A stretch of DNA of 32,000 nucleotides, from positions 2,552,119-2,584,118 of the forward strand of contig OZ244922.1 in NCBI GenBank assembly GCA_965221905.1, in the 5' to 3' direction. Source of the DNA: Chloroflexota bacterium (GTDB lineage: Bacteria; Chloroflexota; UBA11872; VXOZ01). Of the stretch, positions 16,155 through 23,424 are shown one piece after another. How positions within the stretch are numbered: position 1 is the stretch's first letter; every line of letters starts with the position of its first letter. A program made the translations under genes and the position numbers. The notes below the pieces were generated by a model that did no database searches, was not told the DNA's origin, and saw nothing but the letters and a program-made list of their open reading frames with translations.

Positions 16155-17528
16155 CTATCCCCTACCGGTCTCCTCCAGCCGCGCGATCCACATCTTATCC
16201 AGTTCCCGTGCTACCTCTTCCACCGACTTCGTGCCTTCCCAAATCTGCGGGAGCGCCTTGCGCGCGCTTTGGTCGAAGAATCTGCCGTCCCAACTGCCGC
16301 CGAAAGGCACTACGGCGAAGTCGGGATTCTGGAGGAAGCGGGTGCGATTTGCCGGCTTAGTGAGATATTCTGTCCAGAAGTACTCATTGGCCGCAATCAA
16401 TGCAGACGGCGATCCGGCGGGGAATGAAATCGCCCGGGCAACCGCCCACTCGCCGCCGTCAGAGTTCGTGAACCACTTCAGCACCTCCCAGGAAGCATCC
16501 GGCCCCTTGGTCGTGCTGAACATAGAGGCGCCACCCGAGCCGAAGAACGTAAACCTTCCCTCAGGGCCCTGCGGCATGATGCCGATGTCGAAGTCAAGCC
16601 CCTCTACTTTGCCCAGCCTCACTGCCGCCCACTCCGGCAGGAAAGACATCGCTATCTTGCCCTGGGAAAACCCTTTGTTCCATCCCAGCGCCGGGTAAGG
16701 GTGGGTGCGGTCCTTGACGATCAGGTCGGCGATGTATTGCAACGCGGTGATTGAACCGGGATCGGTTATAACTGACCTCGTGTTTTCATCGGCAAGGAAC
16801 CCACCGCCGAACGATCGCAGCACGTGATCGATGCGCACCAGTCGAAACTCAACGCCCCATGACTCCGGCTCGCCGTCATTATTGACATCCCTGGTCAGCG
16901 TACGCGCAGCCTCGCGGAGGTCGTCCCAAGTCCAATTCTCGTCCGGTTCTTCGACTCCGGCCTCGGCCAGGAGCGTCTTGTTGTAGTAGAGCCCCTCGGT
17001 GGCATGGTTCCACGGCAGGCACCACAGCCCGCCTTCAGGCACGCGGTAGAACGCCGTAACGCGGGGATAGTAGGCTTCGATGTCGAAGCCACCATCCGCC
17101 TTGGCGTAGTCATCCAAATTGACCAGAATACCGTCGGTGGCGTACGTAAAATGCCCACCGGACATATGCACCACGTCGGCATTCGCTCCGGCAGCGACAA
17201 AAGTCCGGATCTGTGTCTGGTAGTTCACGCCCGCCTCGGCGACGATCAGCTTGATCTGTATGCTAGGCGTCTTCTCATGGAAATTTGCCAGCAGCGTGTC
17301 CATCGCATCGGCGTTGCGTCCCGCGAACGGTCCGATCAAGAATTCAACCTCGGTCGGCTCAGCCGGTTCAGGCGCCTTCTGCTCCTCTTTGGGCGCCATG
17401 GCCTCCTTCTCTTCAGGAGCCGGCGCGGTCGCCACCGTTCCGCACGCCGCCAAGCCCAACACACCTAACGTCCCGCCAATGCCCTGCAAGAGCCGGCGTC
17501 TACTCAGACCTACAGAATTCGCCTTCAC
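16155..17528 (-). CDS. ABC transporter extracellular solute-binding protein, paralog of 14487-15857 (about 75-80% aa identity by eye)
   Basis: The GTG start at 17528 is preceded by AGGAGGG with 7-nt spacing. SRRRLLQGIGG...LGLAACG is a Tat/lipoprotein signal. The protein is collinear with the neighbouring SBP over its whole length. Confidence 0.85.
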   Translation of the reverse strand: MKANSVGLSRRRLLQGIGGTLGVLGLAACGTVATAPAPEEKEAMAPKEEQKAPEPAEPTEVEFLIGPFAGRNADAMDTLLANFHEKTPSIQIKLIVAEAGVNYQTQIRTFVAAGANADVVHMSGGHFTYATDGILVNLDDYAKADGGFDIEAYYPRVTAFYRVPEGGLWCLPWNHATEGLYYNKTLLAEAGVEEPDENWTWDDLREAARTLTRDVNNDGEPESWGVEFRLVRIDHVLRSFGGGFLADENTRSVITDPGSITALQYIADLIVKDRTHPYPALGWNKGFSQGKIAMSFLPEWAAVRLGKVEGLDFDIGIMPQGPEGRFTFFGSGGASMFSTTKGPDASWEVLKWFTNSDGGEWAVARAISFPAGSPSALIAANEYFWTEYLTKPANRTRFLQNPDFAVVPFGGSWDGRFFDQSARKALPQIWEGTKSVEEVARELDKMWIARLEETGRG

Positions 17529-17587
17529 GCTCGTACCCTCCTGTTAGGTTCACTCTTCGTTCGAACTGCACACTCCCATTGCCAAGC

Positions 17588-17616
17588 AGTATATCGTACA
17601 CGCTGCTTGGCTTCAA
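17588..17616 (-). promoter_or_regulatory. candidate sigma-70-type promoter of SBP gene 2 (TTGAAG-N17-TATACT)
   Basis: Minus-strand reading. The spacer and -10 box are bracketed by an 8-bp inverted repeat CCAAGCAG/CTGCTTGG (17582-17610). Confidence 0.35.
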
Positions 17617-17808
17617 TCGTTACAGTTGGACAAGATTCTATCACACACTACCCCCACTTTTAAGCATCTAGATAGACTAGACTGCACCGCGCAAACCTGG
17701 TAAGCGTAGCCCCTGACGTCTCCTCGCTTTGTACAGAGATTAACCCAGTCGCGGACAGCCCAAATCCGGCTGGTCCATGGGAGCCAAATGAGCAGCGAAT
17801 TTACTCAC

Positions 17809-17826
17809 GATGTTGTATACAACATC
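17809..17826. promoter_or_regulatory. 18-bp perfect palindrome GATGTTGTATACAACATC
   Basis: Read directly; it equals its own reverse complement. It lies in the 570-bp intergenic region between SBP gene 2 (minus) and the EamA gene (plus). A function as a dimeric-regulator site is inferred only. Confidence 0.5.
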
Positions 17827-18098
17827 TCCGCTCAATACACGCCCTGACTGCCGCGCTATACTGGGATGAGCCCTTCTCCACCTTGACCAAGCTGTAAGAC
17901 CGTAACGCGATCACGTGTGGAGATGAAGTCGGGAAACCGCGAGCAAATCTGTGGAATGCGGAATCGACAGATCAGATTTCACCTTGTACCTGCCCAGGCC
18001 TCAGTACTCTTGAACACTAGTAAGCAAAAACCTTCACGGGTGCGCAACGCAGAGCCGTCAGAGAATCCCAGTTATCATAACGGTGGCGAGGCGCAAGC

Positions 18099-18974
18099 AT
18101 GACCGTGCTTGCGTTGCTGCTCGTGCTGGGAGCAGCCTTGGCCCACGCCACGTGGAACCTGCTCCTGAAGCGCAGCGGCCGGCCCCTGATCTACACCTGG
18201 AATCTATGCGTGGCCGGTACCGTCGTCACGCTGCCAATCGCTTTGTACCTACTTTCCAGGACAACGATTACGCCCATCGGCTGGGGATTCTTCCTGGGCA
18301 CCGCGATCATCCACGCGTTCTACTTCACGCTGCTCGCTCAGGCCTACGAGCACGGCGACCTGTCGGTGGTCTATCCCCTGGCTAGAGGCGTCGGCGTGGC
18401 GCTAACGCCCATTGGCGCGGTGCTGTTTCTCAGCGAGCACATCAGCCTGCCGCAAGGGCTCGGCATTGCCGGTATCGTTCTGGGGCTCCTGATCGTCCAG
18501 ATTCCGGCAGACCTCTCGCGCGAGGGTCTTGACGCCCACTTTCGCCCTGCCGCCGGTATCGGCTTCGCCGTCGTCACCGGTATGACCATCGCGACGTACT
18601 CGCTGTGGGACAAGGTGGGCGTATCGCACGTGCCGCCCTTGCTCTACGTCACCGGAGCATTCCTCGGGCCAGCCCTCACAATGTCGTGGCTGCTCCGTCG
18701 CAGAGTGGACTCCCTAGTTGCCGCGTGGCGCGCGCATCCGGTCACCATGGGCGCCGGCGCAGTGCTCTCGCCGCTGGCCTACAGTCTCGCGCTGGTGGCT
18801 CTCTCGATTGCGCAGGTGAGTCAAGTGGCGCCATTACGCGAAGTAGGGGTAGTTATCGGCACGGTGCTGGGCATCATGGTACTGCGCGAGCAATCGCCGG
18901 TGCCGCGCATCGGAGGCGCAATAGTGATCGCCTTGGGCGCTATCGTGCTCGCGTATAGCAGTGTGACGGTTTGA
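18099..18974 (+). CDS. EamA/DMT-superfamily transporter
   Basis: 291 aa, about 10 hydrophobic helices in two halves. The N-terminus LLVLGAALAHATWNLLLKR is typical of EamA-domain proteins. Confidence 0.78.
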   Translation: MTVLALLLVLGAALAHATWNLLLKRSGRPLIYTWNLCVAGTVVTLPIALYLLSRTTITPIGWGFFLGTAIIHAFYFTLLAQAYEHGDLSVVYPLARGVGVALTPIGAVLFLSEHISLPQGLGIAGIVLGLLIVQIPADLSREGLDAHFRPAAGIGFAVVTGMTIATYSLWDKVGVSHVPPLLYVTGAFLGPALTMSWLLRRRVDSLVAAWRAHPVTMGAGAVLSPLAYSLALVALSIAQVSQVAPLREVGVVIGTVLGIMVLREQSPVPRIGGAIVIALGAIVLAYSSVTV

Positions 18975-19118
18975 AGATGGCCGGTTCTAGTAGTACGACA
19001 CCATTGCACTGACGGGTAGTTGCGCGGGGCATGGTTGCCTATCAATGCAGGTCAACGGCGCAGGTTACGCGCACGACCCGTGCGAACCTACGCTACCGGC
19101 GCTCCCACTCATTGATAC

Positions 19119-19132
19119 AAGCTTGTCGAACC
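19119..19132 (-). repeat. fragment of the REP-like core (AAGCTTGTCGAACC)
   Basis: 11-nt exact match (AGCTTGTCGAA) to the array unit, abutting the TAA stop of the TIM-barrel gene (19134-19136). No flanking arms are visible, so this is a remnant at best. Confidence 0.4.
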
Positions 19133-19133
19133 A

Positions 19134-19988
19134 TTAGGCCGCCCGCTCTAACACAGCGTCAAGGGCCTGTTTGGCAATGCTCACTGCTACTTCTCGGTCT
19201 TGATTGCGAAATGCCTCGTCGAAGACCTCGATGGCGACGTAGCCGTCGAAGCCAATCTCAGCAATCGCCTGGAACCATCCCACCAAGTCTATGACGCCTC
19301 GGCCGGGCAGCACGCGGTCCGTGTCTTCCAGGCTCATCACGTCGGCATGGGGGGCATCATTCACGTGCAAGTGCACGATATCCTGCGCGCGCAACGAACG
19401 AATCTGCGACAAATCGCCGCCGCTCGTGAAGTAATGGAACGAGTCGAGAATCAAGCCGACGTTCGGCCTGCCGGTCTCACGGAGCATAGTAATGGTGTCC
19501 GGCACGTTGTTGATGAATGCATGGGGTTCGTCCAGCCGGAACGTGCGCAGACCCAGAAACTCCAGGCCGATGGCAATGCCATGAGGCTCCGCCCGCTCAG
19601 CTAATGTGCCCGTACGATCTCTTAGAATCCGGCGTGCCTCGTCCGGCGGCAGCGGCATACGATTGGGGAAGTACGAGCCGGTGCGCCGGCAACCTACGGA
19701 TTCTGCCACCGCGCAGTTCTCCGAAAACTGGTCAAGAGACTGCATAAACTCTGCCTCCGGCGAAAATATCCCTGCCGGGATAAATCCCATGAAGGCGGGC
19801 AGCGCACCGTGGGCGGCAAAGAGATCGCGCACAGAGGCAGGCGATGTCTCCTCCACCAATGCCCGCACTGCGCCGAAAGAAGCGTCTACTCCCGGTAAGC
19901 CAAAGCGCTTGGCTAGAGCAAGCATCTCCGCCAACGAATAGCCTGCTTTTAAAACTGACCCATGAAGTGATTGTTGTGGCAAGGTCAT
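19134..19988 (-). CDS. xylose-isomerase-like TIM-barrel protein (sugar phosphate isomerase/epimerase family)
   Basis: GIAIGLEFLG, VGLILDSFHYF, VHLHVNDA and GYVAIEVF are the metal-ligand-bearing strands of the PF01261-type barrel. The start is ambiguous (ATG at 20003, 19994 or 19988). I chose 19988 on GGAGAG spacing. The track start at 20126 overlaps the upstream gene. Confidence 0.78.
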   Translation of the reverse strand: MTLPQQSLHGSVLKAGYSLAEMLALAKRFGLPGVDASFGAVRALVEETSPASVRDLFAAHGALPAFMGFIPAGIFSPEAEFMQSLDQFSENCAVAESVGCRRTGSYFPNRMPLPPDEARRILRDRTGTLAERAEPHGIAIGLEFLGLRTFRLDEPHAFINNVPDTITMLRETGRPNVGLILDSFHYFTSGGDLSQIRSLRAQDIVHLHVNDAPHADVMSLEDTDRVLPGRGVIDLVGWFQAIAEIGFDGYVAIEVFDEAFRNQDREVAVSIAKQALDAVLERAA

Positions 19989-20046
19989 GTTCATTCTCTC
20001 CATTGTGAATCCGCTGCCAATCTTCTGATGTGCTCTGCTACCTTCT

Positions 20047-21012
20047 TCAAGGGGCTTCGGCATAGTCGAACTTCCAAAACACCTCTTCCTCAAGCAAAGC
20101 AGCCGGTAGCTCCGGCCAGTCTGCAATACCTATGCGCTCCGCATACATGCTGAGCGCATCTTGCTTCTCCTCCGGGGCAGTTACGTGAACACGCAGGTCC
20201 GGAGGTCGCCGCGCGTCGGCTTTTTGTGAATATACAAGCACCCTAGCGGTAGGGGGCGCCACTTCGCGCAACGACCGCACAATCAGCCGTCCCGCGGCAG
20301 CCGCGGTCTCATCTTCACTGTCGGGTGAGGGAAAGTAAATCTCCCTCGGGTTCAATTCAACCAGCACGTCATTCAGGTCGCGCAATACAAAATTGAACGC
20401 ATACGGGAAACCGTATCCGGTGCGCAGGATGCGATACGGGGTGACGTTGGGATCATGTACGCCGTCTTTCTCGGTGTAGGGCGAGCGGATCACTTGGTCC
20501 GGCGCTTCCTCCGCCAATTGATGCAAATTGCCGTCGGGATATGAGAGGAAGAATACGTCTTCCCACGTTAAGCCAAACGAATTCTCCGCCACTTTCAATG
20601 CCGTTTCCTGGAGCACCGCCGCCCCGTGCAGATATTGCCGTGGGGTGGGCGTAGCATCTGCAGGCAGGTCGGCAAGTCCTCGCGCAACAATAGTCTGGGC
20701 GTCACCGTCGGTCACAAAGACGATGACGACTCGCTTGCCCTGCGCGACTGCTTGCCTAATCGTGGCGAATGCCGACACCGCCGCATCACCGGGACGTGCC
20801 GCAAATACGACAACATCCGCCTTTGCGATGGGATCTCCGCCAATCGCAGCGGTAGTAGGTGGCACATAGTCGGCAGGGGGTTGTATCTCCGGCTGAGAGC
20901 GGATTGCGTTATACAGGCGGCCAAAGCGCTCCGTACTTCCTTCAGCCGAACAACCAACGAGCAAGAACGGAAGCAGAATACAAAGTATCCAACGGGGCAC
21001 ACGCCTTACCAT
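20047..21012 (-). CDS. exported lipoprotein with LmbE/PIG-L-like deacetylase fold but degenerate catalytic motifs
   Basis: Signal peptide plus lipobox (LLPFLLVGCS). VVVFAARPGDAAVS...GKRVVIVFVTDGDA aligns to the PIG-L pattern vlvisAHPDDE...G..v.vv.lTDG. FFLSYPDGNL matches the lpDG motif. SPDSEDET sits where HPDH is expected. The start (GTG 21015 or ATG 21012) overlaps the upstream stop. Confidence 0.5.
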   Translation of the reverse strand: MVRRVPRWILCILLPFLLVGCSAEGSTERFGRLYNAIRSQPEIQPPADYVPPTTAAIGGDPIAKADVVVFAARPGDAAVSAFATIRQAVAQGKRVVIVFVTDGDAQTIVARGLADLPADATPTPRQYLHGAAVLQETALKVAENSFGLTWEDVFFLSYPDGNLHQLAEEAPDQVIRSPYTEKDGVHDPNVTPYRILRTGYGFPYAFNFVLRDLNDVLVELNPREIYFPSPDSEDETAAAAGRLIVRSLREVAPPTARVLVYSQKADARRPPDLRVHVTAPEEKQDALSMYAERIGIADWPELPAALLEEEVFWKFDYAEAP

Positions 21013-21809
21013 CACATTCTACCTACCAGCTCGATGAGGTTGTCTCCCCTAAAGCAGATTGTCGTCCCCCCACGCCGAATGCTGTACACGCCATCGCACG
21101 CAATGGCATCGAGAAACCTCGGTGAGCTGTACTGCAAGCACAATTCATACGGCGGCGCAATGAAATGTGGCGTCAATTCACCGGCGCGGCGCACCGCCCG
21201 CGCTGCAGCCTCACGGATCCTGGCGTGCTGGTCGGCAACAGGCAAGAGCTTGGCGGCATGCCGTCCCAGCCCGGTCTTGACCGGCACAACATCCACCAAA
21301 GGCCCCAGCAACGCGCAGGCCTCTGCACACACCTTGTCATCGCCGACCACGATACCGACCGGTACGCCGTAAACGCCCGCGCATGCGGCGCTTAGTCCCA
21401 ATTCGCCTATCGCCACTCCGTTCAGCCAAACGTCGCTCCAACGTGACGAACTCACGGTATGGTCTCGAAAAGCGTGCATCGTGCCCTGAGCTGCGTGGTA
21501 TCCCACGCAGAAGAAAACGTCAACATCAGGTTCCAAAATTGCGTGCTGGGGATAGGGCAGGTTGCCCATATAGACGTCCGCGCGCGGGTCAATCTGCTCT
21601 ATTGGCATGTTCATGCTGCTGCCGTGGTTATCGTGCACAATTACGTCTGTGGCGCCGCCAACAAAAGCCCCCTCTATGGCGGCATTTACCTCCGCCATCA
21701 CCAATCTTCGGCCCTGCTGATATTGCCGCCCCCCAATGTGGCGGGAAATCTGCTCGCGCAGCGCAACGCCGGCGAGTCCTTCCATATCAACGCTGATGTA
21801 TACGCGCAC
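21012..21809 (-). CDS. D-aminopeptidase DppA-like (peptidase family M55)
   Basis: VRVYISVDMEGLAGV, VHDNHGS, VGYHAAQGT, GELGLSAACAGVYGVPVGIVVGDD are collinear with B. subtilis DppA. The GTG at 21809 is preceded by GGAGG with 9-nt spacing. The track ATG at 21890 would add 27 non-conserved residues. Confidence 0.85.
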   Translation of the reverse strand: MRVYISVDMEGLAGVALREQISRHIGGRQYQQGRRLVMAEVNAAIEGAFVGGATDVIVHDNHGSSMNMPIEQIDPRADVYMGNLPYPQHAILEPDVDVFFCVGYHAAQGTMHAFRDHTVSSSRWSDVWLNGVAIGELGLSAACAGVYGVPVGIVVGDDKVCAEACALLGPLVDVVPVKTGLGRHAAKLLPVADQHARIREAAARAVRRAGELTPHFIAPPYELCLQYSSPRFLDAIACDGVYSIRRGGTTICFRGDNLIELVGRM

Positions 21810-21884
21810 GGATGTCTGCCTCCGAGGACTATTCGTACCACGTCTAGTATCGCCTACGCGGCCAATCTGCGCTACACTATGAAT

Positions 21885-21933
21885 ACGCATGTCTATGCGT
21901 ACGCACGTCTATGCGTGCGCACATCTTATGCGC
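21885..21933. promoter_or_regulatory. three head-to-tail 16-17-bp palindromic repeats (ACGCATGTCTATGCGT / ACGCACGTCTATGCGT / GCGCACATCTTATGCGC) in a divergent intergenic region
   Basis: Read directly. Each unit is a 5-6-bp inverted repeat around a 4-7-nt centre. The repeats lie between the dppA-like operon (start 21809, minus) and the oxidoreductase gene (start 22037, plus). The sequence is certain; the operator function is inferred. Confidence 0.55.
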
Positions 21934-22036
21934 GCGCAGCAGAGAGCCGTAACGAACGGCTGTGCGCGGGAGCTACCTCGCTTTACTTCCTTAGTTTGAC
22001 CCGAACTCTCCACTGGAACCATTATGATTCAACACA

Positions 22037-23059
22037 ATGATCACACCGGTTAGTCGCGTTCGCACGTGCATCATTGGCGCAGGCGCCAGCGCCCGCAAGC
22101 ACATAATCGGCTGGCAAGCGGTGAATGATTCCCAGGTGGTGGCGATTGTAGACCTGGATGAGTCGCGTGCCCACGGCTTGGCCCAAGAGTTTGGGATCGC
22201 CACAGTCAGCACGGACTACTACGCCGTTCTTGAGCGCGCTGACATCAACATCGTTTCTCTCTGCACCCCTTCGACATTGCACGGGCCCATCGGCCTTGAC
22301 GTCGTTAAGCACCATAAGCACGTATTCTGCGAACGCAGCATCACGCACGCGCTGAGCGAGTGCGACACGCTCTTGGCAACGGCGCACGGCAACCGGGTAG
22401 CTGTCGGCGTGAGTTTCCCGCGCCGTTTTCAGCCCAGTTTTGTGCGCATCCGTGAAATGTTGGATGAATCCACCCTTGGTCGACCTGCGATATATCGTGT
22501 CCACTGCCTGATGCCGGCGTTTGCCAACCCGCCTGACCGCAACGAATCGCAAGGCATGCAAGTCTTCCTCGATCTGTTTGCAGACCACTACGACGTGTGG
22601 ACTTGGCTCTTTCGTAGCGAAGTCAAACAGGTAACCGCCCGCGGCTTCAGTTGGGGCAAGCAGCAGTCCGACCAACGCAAGAAGCTTGGCGCCCCGCCCG
22701 ATACGGGCGTCGCACTTATCGAATTCGATAGTGGCGACATTGGCGTCATCACAACTTCCTGCGGCATGCCGCACGGATTCAAGCCCTTTCCGGTACAGGA
22801 GGAAGAGCTAATTGGACCCCTCGGGGTAATCATGGACATCGAAGCTACCCAATTTACCCACAGAGACCATGTGGGCAGAGCGCAAGAGTACAGATTCCGG
22901 TCTCAACATGCGTACACCGCAGCTATTCAAGAGTTCTCAAACCGAATACGCCGCGGCGAGCCACCACGAGTAGCCGGGGAAGATGGGAAGCGCGCGCTAC
23001 GCGTCGGCCTTGCGGTATGTGAATCCATGGAAACTGGAGAAACGGTGGCCCTTCGCTAG
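22037..23059 (+). CDS. Gfo/Idh/MocA family oxidoreductase (EKP motif replaced by ERS)
   Basis: RTCIIGAGASARKH Rossmann motif and VVAIVD strand. VFCERSIT sits at the position of the usual EKP motif. The C-terminal domain is typical of the family. Confidence 0.83.
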   Translation: MITPVSRVRTCIIGAGASARKHIIGWQAVNDSQVVAIVDLDESRAHGLAQEFGIATVSTDYYAVLERADINIVSLCTPSTLHGPIGLDVVKHHKHVFCERSITHALSECDTLLATAHGNRVAVGVSFPRRFQPSFVRIREMLDESTLGRPAIYRVHCLMPAFANPPDRNESQGMQVFLDLFADHYDVWTWLFRSEVKQVTARGFSWGKQQSDQRKKLGAPPDTGVALIEFDSGDIGVITTSCGMPHGFKPFPVQEEELIGPLGVIMDIEATQFTHRDHVGRAQEYRFRSQHAYTAAIQEFSNRIRRGEPPRVAGEDGKRALRVGLAVCESMETGETVALR

Positions 23060-23131
23060 CCAAGAGCTAGAATTGGGAGTAAGCAATTGGCGGTTTGCTG
23101 ACAGAGCGGAGCAGAGTGTGCGCTCTATTGA

Positions 23132-23164
23132 CCGTTTACGCTTCGACAGGCTCAGCGCGAACGG
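23132..23164 (+). repeat. diverged REP-like hairpin element (CCGTTTACGCT-TCGACAGGCTC-AGCGCGAACGG)
   Basis: The core differs at one position (TCGACAGGCTC) and 8 of 10 arm positions pair. It lies about 73 nt after the oxidoreductase stop (23059). Confidence 0.7.
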
Positions 23165-23171
23165 TTGGAGC

Positions 23172-23268
23172 ATTCCGCGCTCGGTTTCCCGCGCTCAATT
23201 CTCTGCGCTCGGATTTCCGTGCTCGGTTCTCCGTGCTCGGTTTTCTGCGCTCCGTTTACTGAGCTGGG
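23172..23268. repeat. degenerate 13-15-bp minisatellite, about 7 units of consensus TTYTCYGYGCTCGG
   Basis: Units read directly: attccgcgctcgg / tttcccgcgctcaa / ttctctgcgctcgga / tttccgtgctcgg / ttctccgtgctcgg / ttttctgcgctccg / tttactgagctggg. The array starts 8 nt after the REP-like element at 23132-23164. Confidence 0.75.
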
Positions 23269-23424
23269 TCTAAAGCGCTGCGTTTCTTGTGCTCTTGGTG
23301 ATTTGCGCCGCATACAGTTTGGCACAATCAAGCCTCGGCACACTCGTGCCTTGGTACACTCAGGCCTTAACACATCCACGCCACTGATACTGCAAAACCG
23401 GCAAGGTAGAAAGAGAGAGAGTTT

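Noticed and set aside
17650-18098. Known riboswitch or sRNA upstream of the EamA transporter gene
   Set aside because: I compared the region by eye with remembered cores of guanidine (ykkC), Mn (yybP-ykoY), fluoride, ZTP, SRP, tmRNA and RNase P and found no match. This is a weak negative without a covariance-model scan.
17917-18102. 61-aa ORF in the long SBP/EamA intergenic region
   Set aside because: No RBS, a basic low-complexity translation, and an end that overlaps the EamA start. Nothing supports coding; the region is treated as non-coding.
21810-21890. N-terminal extensions offered by the ORF track: dppA-like from 21890, SBP1 from 15893, epimerase from 5062, murT from 27379, gatD from 25925, TIM barrel from 20126
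   Set aside because: In each case a downstream start has a good Shine-Dalgarno at 4-9 nt and matches the conserved N-terminus of the family. The extensions add non-conserved residues or overlap neighbouring genes or promoters. The starts remain predictions.
22022-22774. Long antisense ORFs opposite well-supported genes. Examples: 22022-22774 (250 aa), 15483-16427 (314 aa), 12935-13816 (293 aa), 20626-21372 (248 aa), 28021-28629 (202 aa), 1252-1788 (178 aa), 7575-8078 (167 aa).
   Set aside because: These are typical shadow ORFs of GC-rich coding sequence. The translations are Arg/Ala/Pro/Gly-rich with no recognisable motifs, and each is fully overlapped by a gene with strong family signatures.
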